A stretch of 50,187 bases of DNA. Source: a virus. Lineage: Duplodnaviria > Caudoviricetes. The notes below the pieces were generated by a model that saw only the letters and a list, made by a program, of their open reading frames with translations, did no database searches and was not told the origin of the DNA. The DNA is taken from the IMG/VR virus record IMGVR_UViG_3300037424_000162, positions 1 to 50,187 of that record; one strand, 5' to 3'. The first letter of the stretch is position 1. Every line of letters starts with the position of its first letter. Positions 38,822 through 47,663 of the stretch are shown piece after piece. The translations under genes and the position numbers were made by a program.

Positions 38822-38848
38822 CCCTAGTTTTACTAGGGTTTTTCTTTT
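38822..38848 (+). terminator. Intrinsic terminator
   Basis: CCCTAGT-TTT-ACTAGGG followed by TTTTTCTTTT. Confidence 0.85.
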
Positions 38849-38864
38849 GTTGAATCTTTGCATA

Positions 38865-38899
38865 AACCTATTGACGTATTCTCTCGGTAGGTTTATACT
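38865..38899 (+). promoter_or_regulatory. Promoter with AACCTA-N17-TAGGTT inverted repeat
   Basis: TTGACG-17bp-TATACT. Confidence 0.75.
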
Positions 38900-38920
38900 G
38901 TACTTAGTGAGGGAAACGAA

Positions 38921-39232
38921 ATGACAAAGTTGATTGAGGCCGAAGCCGGAAGCGTTGACTGGGATGTTTACTCTGACCTCGAAACCATCGATGAGGAAGG
39001 GAACGAAATCTACAGCCCTGAGTACGTCAAGATCGATAACCTTTTCGTCAAGCCTGAGTTCAGAGGAAATGGCGTTGCTCGTTCCCTGATGGCTCAGGCT
39101 ATTGCCAAGATCGAAGCAGACTTCCCCGGTATGACAATCAAGATCGTTCCCGAGCCCAAGAGCACGGGCACCGACCTCTCCAGACTTGCCGCTTTCTATG
39201 AAAGCCTTGGCCTTGAAGTGGTTGCTTTCTAA
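38921..39232 (+). CDS. GNAT-family N-acetyltransferase
   Basis: LFVKPEFRGNGVARSLM acetyl-CoA-binding motif; FYESLG motif. Confidence 0.9.
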   Translation: MTKLIEAEAGSVDWDVYSDLETIDEEGNEIYSPEYVKIDNLFVKPEFRGNGVARSLMAQAIAKIEADFPGMTIKIVPEPKSTGTDLSRLAAFYESLGLEVVAF

Positions 39233-39238
39233 GTGATT

Positions 39239-39273
39239 AACCTATTGACACCATCCGTTACTAGGTTTAGTAT
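39239..39273 (+). promoter_or_regulatory. Promoter with AACCTA-N17-TAGGTT inverted repeat
   Basis: TTGACA-17bp-TAGTAT. Confidence 0.7.
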
Positions 39274-39294
39274 GTGGGAGTGAGGAGACGAGAG

Positions 39295-42200
39295 ATGAAA
39301 ACAATAGAAGAATCGTTAAGCGAACTTAGTTTTGATGTCAAACTAACGAATTACCCGCATTCGTATGGTCTTCTGACATTTGATACCACTGTTGGATCAG
39401 TATCAACGCTACTTCCAGAAGGGTTCCCAGCGGCTAGTCCCGCATATTTTATGGTATCAGAAAAACAAGAAGCCTCGTTTCCAAGGATCAAATGTGATGG
39501 CGGCAGTAGGCTTGCTATTCCCATTCTCAGAAGGGGGTGGCCAATTAATGATATGGTTACCATGGCATTTAGACCGACAAAATGGAACCCAAACAGAGAT
39601 AACGCCCATACCTGGGTCAGGATGATCAAGAATGCCTTGACCGATGCCACCGATATGGCGGTAGACATCGAATGACCCCCGCCGAAAAGCTCGAACACCT
39701 GGAGCGAAAGTGAAAGTGAAAGCCGTCGTGACCGAAGTTTGGCACATTGAAACAGACTGCACTCTTGATGAGTTTCAGACTGTCGATGTAGAGGGTGTTC
39801 GCGATGGCGGTGCTTTGGTTAGCAGGAAGATGAAGCTGTCAAAGTACCGAACACCGGAAGAGGTTCTGGCCGAGAATCGCAAGGTGGTGACGCCCAAGCG
39901 CGCCGAGTCGTCTAGGGCCAACGCGAACAAGCCCCCCAAGGCCGGCAAGATGGCTAGGGGGAGGCCGAGGAAGGAAGCAAAGGAGACACAAAAATGATTT
40001 CTAAGATCATCAAAGGTTTTGGAAAGCAAATGCCTATCGAGGTCGCGCACAAGTTGGCCGAACGCCATGTGATTATGGCTGGAGACTTCGAAGTCGGTGT
40101 ACTGCCGATACCAACAGGCTTCTATGGCTTAGAAATGCCTCCTTTCAATCCTATCACAGTTGTCTTGCCTTATCTGAACCTTGATAGGGCCGAGGAAGGT
40201 GAAGGATGAGCAGAACTAAACGGCGGTACAGCACCCGTGCCATGATGGCAACATCGCACCCTGATCGTGATGGACAAAGCCATCACGGCGTAGGTTTTGA
40301 GTGGATGTCCGGACGACTTGGGAATATGTTTGATCAACCAGGGCCGTACACGAAGAAGCTGACACATAGAAAAGAGCGTCGTACCTCTATTGTAAAGGAT
40401 GAGTGAAGCCGAGTTGAAGCACGTCAAGAATGTGATCAGCGGCTGGAAGAAGTCTTGGTCGATTAGTCTTTCGTCTCGTGCCGAATGTGCATTGCGCGAA
40501 AGGATTGTTAGGATGATTCAAGAGCATGGCGCAACCGAAATCGCCCCGATTGTGAAGGAGTGTGTGGAGTGAGTATACCGCTTGACTATGAAGAAAAACT
40601 TTCCGCAAGACTTAGGGCAAAACACCGATCATGGTACTACAGGATCAGGCGATCAATTGACTTTATCAACTTGGCCGAGAGCGATTGGCAACGGTGGAGA
40701 CACCATGTCGGGGAGCGCGTTGGGAATAGAGACATTTTCTGGACAAATGCTTTGTCGGTGGCAACGCTGGAAGAGCTCGAAGACCTAGACGAACTCAGAA
40801 ATGAAAAGCGGCTAGGGATCTAGCTACCAACCCCACAAACCTAAACTTACCGGGAGGTAGTGATGAAATTGCTTAGACTGATTTACCACTGGATTGCATG
40901 GAAGACCTTTGGAAGCGGTGATCCTGACAAACACCAGTGCGATTTCAAGCATTCCGGCGAACCAGGTGGATGGTGGGTAAATCTCAATGACTTTGAGGGT
41001 TACTACTGCGAGCGAACTAAGGATCATTTTGGAGAGCATAAATGACCCGCACCGAACTAGCGCAAGAGTTCATCCTAGAAATGGAAATCGTCCTCGACAA
41101 CATGACGCCACTTGATAAGGAACATGCAAAGGACCGTTTGCAGTGTAAGCGGCTTTTGACCGAGGCCAAGACTGACGACGACCGGGCCACTATCCTAGCT
41201 CTCTACCTTGCCACGGTTGCCGATAAGTCCGAGGTGGTCAACTCCGAACTCACTGCCAATGGTCGGGCCGGTGATAAGGTGTCGATTGCCAAGTGGTCGC
41301 GTATCGCTGGACTGGTGTTGCAGTTGAACCGCTCGGGCGGGAGTTATGGTAGGATGATTGGGTGGAGTGGGTTGAAGATGGAGGTAATGGGATGAACAAA
41401 GTAGACCTTGGTGAACTCGGAGTCTGGGAAGAAACCGAAGCTCCGAACGAGTACAAGAATCTCAAACTTGAGTCCGGCGATGTGACTCTGAGCAATGATC
41501 GGTTTGTAACCATCGTTGCCGAAACAATGACAATGAACTGGTGGAGGCGTCTTGTTTTTCTCATCACTGGTAGACTGTCACTTGTGGTAAAAGACCCTTT
41601 GAAGGATGGTATCAAATGAAAGTCCGCCTACTTGAATCGGCTCACGACACGTGGGCACCTGCGGGGACCGTGGGGGAGCTTAAATACATGCCTGACGTTC
41701 TCGGAAAGCCTATCTATCGTTTCTATCCTGACCATCAAAACAAGCCCCTACTGTTCAAGTCGCATGACGGCGGCCTCTGGATCGGTCGCGTGAAGTGGGA
41801 AGAGGTTTCTCATGGTACAATGGAAACAGAACATGGGCCTGTTCCGGTGTTTGTAGAGGATAGCGCCGATAACATTCAAGTGGCCGTTGCCAATGCTTTG
41901 GTTAAGCCACGGAAGCGGGGGAAGTGATGGAATGGCTTACTGTTTTGATGGTTGGACTTCTTGTCGGTGTGATCATGGGTCAATTGTCAGTTTGGCATTG
42001 GCTTAGGAAGCGTGGATATTCCAGAGAGGATCTTGAATAATGTACCTAGTCGGCCACCTAACCAAAGCTCATGGCGCGGAGGACCCACAGTGGCACATCA
42101 TCTCCCTCCGGTGGCGTTTCAAGACGGCGTTGAAAGAATGTATGCAAAGTGACGCCTACTTTTACATTCCCATCAAACTTGGTAGACTACCGTCATCGGC

Positions 42201-42462
42201 CCAGGCCGTGTTCCCGAGGAGGTAGCTAATGACAGGGCTGGAGCTGGCTAATGCGGTGTCAAGGAATGTAATGAACGGTATCACGCCTATCAATAGTAGG
42301 TACATTAGATCAAGAGCGGTTGATGATATTTGCTCCATGTACCCTGACTTTGACCGATCTATTGCCGAGAAGGCGTGGGATATGGCAGGAGAAATCAAAG
42401 GCGCGGCACACTGGGAAGCCTTGCAAGCCCTTCTGGAAATGGCCAAGGAAGGGTTGCTCTAA
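39295..42462 (+). other. Block of ~12 small hypothetical CDSs between terL and portal (e.g. 39295-39675, 39710-39997, 39994-40209, 40206-40406, 40399-40572, 40860-41045, 41042-41395, 41616-41927, 42040-42225, 42229-42462)
   Basis: Coupled short ORFs. Confidence 0.65.
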
Positions 42463-43856
42463 TGCTCTGGAACATCCCCGCCGACCAGCAAGAACGCTCG
42501 AACCCGATGAAAACGCAGTCCAGACGCCCAAACAACCTAGATGAAACAGAAAGCTGGATCGTAGACGACGCCTTCGCCGAGGGCCTATACAACGGAACTA
42601 TGCCGGGGTTCAAGCTGGCTTCTGCCCTGGTATTCCCTATCGTTTCGGTCCCCGTGGCGTTCATGGGTCTCCCTATCCCGGTGTCAAAGTCCAAGAATAA
42701 AGCGTCCCAGGCCATGCTAGACCTACTCATCAAGGAAACCGCCCAGACCTTGACCCAAGTGTTCACCAATCGCCGCAAGGTCGGCACAGGGTGGGTGTGG
42801 CCGAATTATGACGCCAAATTAGGGAAGATAGTTGACGAGCTTATCCCCAACGCCTCGGTGGTCGATATCATCAAGGATCATGATAACGGATCGGTCAAGA
42901 TGATTATCACCGATGAACAAATGACCATCCAAACCGGCGAGAACAGGCAAAGCGTCATTCGCAAGAAACGGTACTTTACGCCGCAATCGGTCAAGGTGGA
43001 ATACTCGGGGGACGTTCCTCCGGGGCTAGCCAATCGCACTATGAAGAACCCCTCCGGCGTTATGCCGATATGGTTTCCCATGGGTTCCGATGGTCGAAAG
43101 TGCCGAGGTAATCCGGCTGTCATGCGCGTGGTGTCTCACCTCAAGAACTACCATGACAATTTGCTAAAGTGGCACGAATCCCAGGTTAAGTTCAATACCA
43201 AGATGTTCATTACCGGGATCAAGAATGTCTCGGAGTTCCTGAAAAACAACGGCCTAACATCGCTGTCAGAAGTTGACGTATCAAAGGGCGACTTGCTTCT
43301 TTTGCAGGAAGGCGAAGCGGTTGACATGACCTTTGCCTCTGGCATGGGGGAGTCTTTCAAGATCCTTGCCGAGGTCAATTTTATCAACATCGTTGAAGGC
43401 GTAATGGTCCCTGAAATCGCCTTCGGTATCTCGACCACTGGGAACCACGCTTCAGCAGAACAGGATATGACTGTCCTAGCGAACACCGTGAACAACGAAC
43501 AGGCCGAGGTTGACCGCCCGGTGCGGGAATACTTCGCCGCCCGTCTACGCCTCATGGCCGGGGCTGGCATGCTGTCGGTTGACCAGGATTTCGACATCTC
43601 GTGGAACGACATTGAGGTGGTGAGTCAGGAAGTCAAGGCCAAGATTCTCCAGGCCCAGGCCGATGCTATCGCTAAACTCGACGTCAACGCTTCGCTTGCC
43701 CTTGAGGACAAACACAAGTGGTTCCTTGCAATCTGGCCCAGGACTACCGAACCTGATTTTGAGAAGTGGAAAGCTGGTCTTTCCGAGGCGGCGAAGTTCA
43801 AGCAGTACCGGGATGCGAGTTTGACCGATGCCGCTGATATGGTGGGGGCGGTGTGA
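42462..43856 (+). CDS. Portal protein
   Basis: About 464 aa; size and position between terminase and head morphogenesis genes. Confidence 0.75.
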   Translation: MLWNIPADQQERSNPMKTQSRRPNNLDETESWIVDDAFAEGLYNGTMPGFKLASALVFPIVSVPVAFMGLPIPVSKSKNKASQAMLDLLIKETAQTLTQVFTNRRKVGTGWVWPNYDAKLGKIVDELIPNASVVDIIKDHDNGSVKMIITDEQMTIQTGENRQSVIRKKRYFTPQSVKVEYSGDVPPGLANRTMKNPSGVMPIWFPMGSDGRKCRGNPAVMRVVSHLKNYHDNLLKWHESQVKFNTKMFITGIKNVSEFLKNNGLTSLSEVDVSKGDLLLLQEGEAVDMTFASGMGESFKILAEVNFINIVEGVMVPEIAFGISTTGNHASAEQDMTVLANTVNNEQAEVDRPVREYFAARLRLMAGAGMLSVDQDFDISWNDIEVVSQEVKAKILQAQADAIAKLDVNASLALEDKHKWFLAIWPRTTEPDFEKWKAGLSEAAKFKQYRDASLTDAADMVGAV

Positions 43857-44032
43857 GCCTAGACAAGGCCATTGCACACGGGAAAGAGTATCGTCGCGAG
43901 TACCGAAAAAGCAAGCGGTTTGATAGGACGTGCCGCAACCATGGATCGTGCCCAGTGTGCAAATCTAACCGAACTCACCACGGTATAAAGGTTGTCATGG
44001 AATCGAAAATGGCCGTAATGGAAGCAGAATGA
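43853..44032 (+). CDS. Conserved small phage protein (not in the ORF track)
   Basis: MSLDKAIAHGKEYRREYRKSKRFDRTCRNHGSCPVC..NR. Confidence 0.7.
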   Translation: MSLDKAIAHGKEYRREYRKSKRFDRTCRNHGSCPVCKSNRTHHGIKVVMESKMAVMEAE

Positions 44033-45006
44033 CAGCCGAAGAGTATCGGGGTCGCTACGCAAAAGAGCGCAAACAATGGCCCCAACTAACCAACTCGACC
44101 CGTAGAAAGATCAAGGTTGCCTACACTGCCGCCGCGAAAGCAATCGCCGACATCATCCGCGAGGGTGAGCTAGTCGGTGACCAGCTATCTTTCGACACTC
44201 AGCGCCGCCTAGATCAAGCAATCCTAGAAGGTTCCAAGGCCATCGGCGATGCCATGCGGGCCGAGATTCCAGCGCTACTAGAAACAGCCGCCTCCGGGTA
44301 CGTGGCAATCGAAACCGCATTCGTAGCCGATGCGTTCCGCGACTTGACCAGTCGTGTCACCAGGGACGGTATCGAAAAGATGTTCGCCAAGGTAGCGCGG
44401 GAGACGGTGACTCGGTCGCTAAACTCGCCACTTGCCGCCGATGGGCTGGTCTTCTGGTCCCGTGTTCCGAATATCTCAAAGGAGTTCGGCGACGACGTCG
44501 TGAACCTGGTCAGGGCCGCAATCAGTCAGGGGCGCGACTTGGGGAAGATCGCCGCCGATATCAATAAGTACGTCAAGGACGGGAAACCGGGAACAATCCA
44601 CCGATGGGGTGAGGTTATTGAGCCGGATTCTAAACGACTACTTCGTAGGGTGCCGGAGCAAGTGGACTACCGAGCACTTCGCCTTGCACGGTCGGAACTT
44701 GGGAGGGGATTGCAGGAGACTGCTAAGGCCAACGGGCCGAACAACCCCGGGGGGTCTGGTTGGTACGATTGGGTTAGGATCAACGTTATTGACTGGGGGT
44801 GTAATTGCCCGTCGAATGCCGCTAACGGGCCGTACTTACTTGAGAACGTCCCACCATACGATCATCCAAACGACGCTTGTATTATTCGCCAACGCATGAA
44901 AGACGGTAACGATTTCCGGCGTGAACTGGAAGAATGGGCTAATGGTGGGGCTAACGCCGATCTTGACCGGTGGTATGCGGAAAGGTATTTGCCGGGGCAG
45001 TTTTAG
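44029..45006 (+). CDS. Minor head/head morphogenesis protein (gp7/MuF-like)
   Basis: RLARSE...C.C....PP..HPN..C motifs; directly after portal. Confidence 0.75.
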   Translation: MTAEEYRGRYAKERKQWPQLTNSTRRKIKVAYTAAAKAIADIIREGELVGDQLSFDTQRRLDQAILEGSKAIGDAMRAEIPALLETAASGYVAIETAFVADAFRDLTSRVTRDGIEKMFAKVARETVTRSLNSPLAADGLVFWSRVPNISKEFGDDVVNLVRAAISQGRDLGKIAADINKYVKDGKPGTIHRWGEVIEPDSKRLLRRVPEQVDYRALRLARSELGRGLQETAKANGPNNPGGSGWYDWVRINVIDWGCNCPSNAANGPYLLENVPPYDHPNDACIIRQRMKDGNDFRRELEEWANGGANADLDRWYAERYLPGQF

Positions 45007-45007
45007 C

Positions 45008-45037
45008 TTGACAGGGTAGCACTTAGCGTAGTAGGAT
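45008..45037 (+). promoter_or_regulatory. tRNA operon promoter
   Basis: TTGACA-18bp-TAGGAT. Confidence 0.65.
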
Positions 45038-45046
45038 TTACGTCAT

Positions 45047-45130
45047 GGAAGGCACCTCTGTAATGGACGGAAACTAGTCTTGAAAACTAGGGGGTGGGAA
45101 ACTATAGGGGTTCGATTCCTCTGTCTTCCG
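45047..45130 (+). tRNA. tRNA-Ser(TGA)
   Basis: CTAGT-CTTGAAA-ACTAG anticodon arm, long variable arm, TTCGATT T loop, G73. Confidence 0.85.
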
Positions 45131-45133
45131 AAT

Positions 45134-45207
45134 GACTCCATAGCCCAACTGGCAGAGGCAAGCGTCTCAAAATCGCAGTGTTCTTGGTTCGAATCCAAGT
45201 GGAGTTA
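45134..45207 (+). tRNA. tRNA-Leu(CAA), short variable loop, weak anticodon stem
   Basis: GACTCCA/TGGAGTT acceptor; loop CTCAAAA; CTTGG-TTCGAAT-CCAAG T arm. Confidence 0.75.
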
Positions 45208-45209
45208 AC

Positions 45210-45282
45210 GGCCCTCTAGCCCAATGGCAGAGGCACCAGATTTAGGATCTGGTCAGTCTGGGTTCGACTCCCAGGGGGGCTA
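45210..45282 (+). tRNA. tRNA-Leu(TAG), short variable loop
   Basis: CCAGA-TTTAGGA-TCTGG anticodon arm; CTGGG-TTCGACT-CCCAG T arm; A73. Confidence 0.85.
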
Positions 45283-45289
45283 AGTTCTT

Positions 45290-45361
45290 AGCCGGATTGG
45301 TGTATCGGTAGCACATGGGCCTTGGGCGCTCAGGGGTCCGGTTCGAATCCGGGTTCGGCTA
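45290..45361 (+). tRNA. tRNA-Pro(TGG)
   Basis: TGGGC-CTTGGGC-GCTCA anticodon arm; TCCGG-TTCGAAT-CCGGG T arm. Confidence 0.75.
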
Positions 45362-45406
45362 TGTGGGTAGTCGCAAAAGTGAGATTCCGGTGAGCGATCC
45401 GGGCAT

Positions 45407-45492
45407 GGCACGGGATACCAGTAGGGGGCTGGACGAGACTGTAAATCTCGGGCGCTTTCGCGTTCCGTAGGGTTCGACTCCCTCACGTGTCA
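45407..45492 (+). tRNA. tRNA-Tyr(GTA)
   Basis: CGAGA-CTGTAAA-TCTCG anticodon arm; long variable arm. Confidence 0.8.
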
Positions 45493-45495
45493 AAT

Positions 45496-45580
45496 GGATT
45501 ATGCAACCCAAGGGGATTTGGGCGCTGTTTGCTAAACAGATGGAGGCGAAAGCCTTGGCGTTCGAATCGCCGCTTTTCCG
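45496..45580 (+). tRNA. tRNA-Ser(GCT), mismatched acceptor stem
   Basis: CTGT-TTGCTAA-ACAG anticodon arm; variable arm AGGC-GAAA-GCCT; G73. Confidence 0.7.
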
Positions 45581-45583
45581 TAT

Positions 45584-45652
45584 GGGCCTTGCTGACGGCA
45601 AGCACGAATCCTTGCAAGATTCTGTGAATCGGTTCGATCCCGATAGGGTCCA
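45584..45652 (+). tRNA. tRNA-Ala(TGC), shortened D region
   Basis: GAATC-CTTGCAA-GATTC anticodon arm; G3.U70 pair; A73. Confidence 0.8.
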
Positions 45653-45653
45653 A

Positions 45654-45751
45654 GTGTTCGCGTGGTGGAATTGGCAGACACCCCCGTGATTAAGTTGCAT
45701 GGGGCCCGCGTTAATTCAGGCGGGTTATCGGTTCGAGTCCGATCAGGATAC
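45654..45751 (+). tRNA. Aberrant tRNA-Leu-like gene (possibly TAA) with extended anticodon arm
   Basis: GTGGTGGAATTGGCAGACAC D arm; CCCCGTG-ATTAAGTTG-CATGGGG; CCCGC/GCGGG variable arm; ATCGG-TTCGAGT-CCGAT T arm; poorly paired acceptor. Confidence 0.55.
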
Positions 45752-45754
45752 GTT

Positions 45755-45779
45755 AAACCAGCTTCACGGCTGGTTTTTT
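45755..45779 (+). terminator. tRNA operon terminator
   Basis: AAACCAGC-TTCACG-GCTGGTTT followed by a T tract. Confidence 0.85.
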
Positions 45780-45895
45780 ATTGCCTGGACAGTTCTGAGA
45801 TTATGTTGTATTTTTATGGTAGTGATACGCATGATCCAATGGATCAAGGCGCTGGGGGATCGGTTGACAGCCGAGTCCCTTTTTTATTGCCTAGA

Positions 45896-45922
45896 CAAAA
45901 GAAAGCCCCTCCGAAGAGGGGC
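45896..45922 (-). terminator. Terminator of the leftward accessory operon
   Basis: GCCCCTC-CGAA-GAGGGGC with a T tract on the minus strand. Confidence 0.75.
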
Positions 45923-45928
45923 GATTAG

Positions 45929-46204
45929 TTACTTCCTTGCCAGCTTTTCTGCTTCCCGATAAGCTCGTTTGTACGAACTTGAGTAGCAACCGGAAGCGCA
46001 ATAGACAACAGCCCTATCGCTGTAATGATGGCTTCTGGCCTTGAGAACTTCGTTAGCCTCTTCTCGACTAAAGAACGGGCCGGTAATCATCCCGATCATG
46101 ACGGCATATGGATCAGGCTTCATCATTTGCTTAGGATCTACAATGACCCACCATGGCTCTGCCGTTCCTTCGTTCTTGTCCGATACGTCAATTTTTACTT
46201 CCAT
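45929..46204 (-). CDS. Conserved phage hypothetical protein
   Basis: NEGT.EPWW.I.DP...ITGPFFSREEA...Y...AVVYC.SG motif. Confidence 0.7.
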   Translation of the reverse strand: MEVKIDVSDKNEGTAEPWWVIVDPKQMMKPDPYAVMIGMITGPFFSREEANEVLKARSHHYSDRAVVYCASGCYSSSYKRAYREAEKLARK

Positions 46205-46206
46205 CC

Positions 46207-46593
46207 CTATCGCACCTCCTCGGGCTTTTGCTCGTGAATGTTGCCGATGACTTCGATGGTTGAATCCATTCGGTTTCCGATCTCAAAAAACGATGCATAT
46301 CCCTTGATGTAAAACCGTCCATTGTGGAACGAAACCTCATCCTCAAAAACAGATCCCGTATCAAACTCATATACGTTAGCCGTTGAAATAAGTCTGACAA
46401 TATCGCCCTCAAACACTTCTCGGCCATTTTTGTCACGTAGTCCGGTGAATTGCTCGACAGTGGATGGATCGACCTCTTGTTCATCAATGACCCCTGGACT
46501 GAGAATGTAGGCCTTCCCATAGAGTTCATAGAAGAACCCATACACCAATTCTCCGGTCGAAATCAACCTTCCTCGAAACTTAATCCCTCTCAC
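46207..46593 (-). CDS. YopX family protein
   Basis: IKFRG, V.QFTGLRDKNG.E.FEGDI and EVIGNIHE motifs. Confidence 0.9.
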   Translation of the reverse strand: MRGIKFRGRLISTGELVYGFFYELYGKAYILSPGVIDEQEVDPSTVEQFTGLRDKNGREVFEGDIVRLISTANVYEFDTGSVFEDEVSFHNGRFYIKGYASFFEIGNRMDSTIEVIGNIHEQKPEEVR

Positions 46594-46721
46594 GCCTTCC
46601 TCTCCTTATTCTTCGCACCCTTCGGCCTACCCTTGGACTTCTTCCCGTTCTCGCTCCTGGCCCGTTGCTGTGCCTCGGTGTTCGCGTTGCCGCCTTTTCG
46701 GCCAGCTTCCTGGGTAGTCAT
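46590..46721 (-). CDS. 43-aa basic protein (not in the ORF track)
   Basis: MTTQEAGRKGGNANTEAQQRARSENGKKSKGRPKGAKNKERKA*. Confidence 0.65.
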   Translation of the reverse strand: MTTQEAGRKGGNANTEAQQRARSENGKKSKGRPKGAKNKERKA

Positions 46722-47646
46722 ACTTTGATGTCCATGGGGTTTAGTTTTTCCGTCTTACCAAAAAGCCACCGAAACAACTCTTTCGAGCACGAATTACACA
46801 GTTCAGCGCGTCCGAAGCCTACAAACGGTCTGTGGTCAAGAATGGCACACTGTATCTCAGATTCTTTTCCGCAACGGTCACAATAATTTTTAGTCATACA
46901 AACCACCTCCAGAACTGCCACCACTTGCGAGTCATGCGAATGAAGATGAGTTGCCGCTCTTTTTGCATCATCCCACCACCTTCTTTCCGCAGGGGGGGCC
47001 GTCGAGGAAGGTCCAGTTTTCTAGGAACTCTTTGAACGTGCATGCTATAGATGGCCAAATCTCAACACCGATACTGCTAAATCCTTGCACACCAACTCCA
47101 CCAACTGTTTTAGACGACTTAGTCCTGACAACCTTACCCATAAACAACTCCCAATCCTCCGCCGTGAACGGAACCCACTTCTCGACGGGAATGGGCTCGG
47201 GGCTGAAAAACTGAAACCATTCGTTACGTTCCTTGCATCCGAATGGAAAACCGAACTTGCCCCATGGCACGTAAAGAGTCCCGGCGTAAGACTTGTCAGT
47301 GTTGTTTTCAAGATCGCTCAGGATATTGCTGAAGTACCCAGTCTTTCCTTGATATTGCTCTGCTTCCTTAACGTCCTTATACGTGAATACCTTTCGTCCC
47401 ATTGGTTGCTCCTTTAGATGTTTGTTTGCATCCGCAAAACAAATGCGGATAACTTCCTCGATGTCCCTATCCATCCGATCTCCTTTCCGGTGATACGCGC
47501 CGGGACGGTTAGCGGTACTCTTTCCATTCCTTTAACGTCGGTGGAACAAGGTCATCGGCCCATAGTTCATAGCAATACTCGGAGTATTCACCCCACAAGG
47601 GGTCGTCATGATCAGATACAGGGTTGCCCCAATCATCCTTTTCCAT
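46718..47646 (-). other. Leftward hypothetical CDSs (46718-46897, 46968-47474, 47509-47646)
   Basis: RBSs; leftward promoter TTGACA(47691)-16bp-TATAAT. Confidence 0.6.
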
Positions 47647-47663
47647 ACTTCACCTCTCCCAAC

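Noticed and set aside
45362-45406. tRNA-associated HDV-like (theta) ribozyme or extra tRNA in the spacer
   Set aside because: Only two short hairpins are present; there is no nested double pseudoknot and no cloverleaf
45520-45542. Amber suppressor tRNA (CTA) and stop-codon recoding
   Set aside because: Stem pairing places the loop as TTGCTAA, so the anticodon is GCT (Ser). Core genes are intact under the standard code
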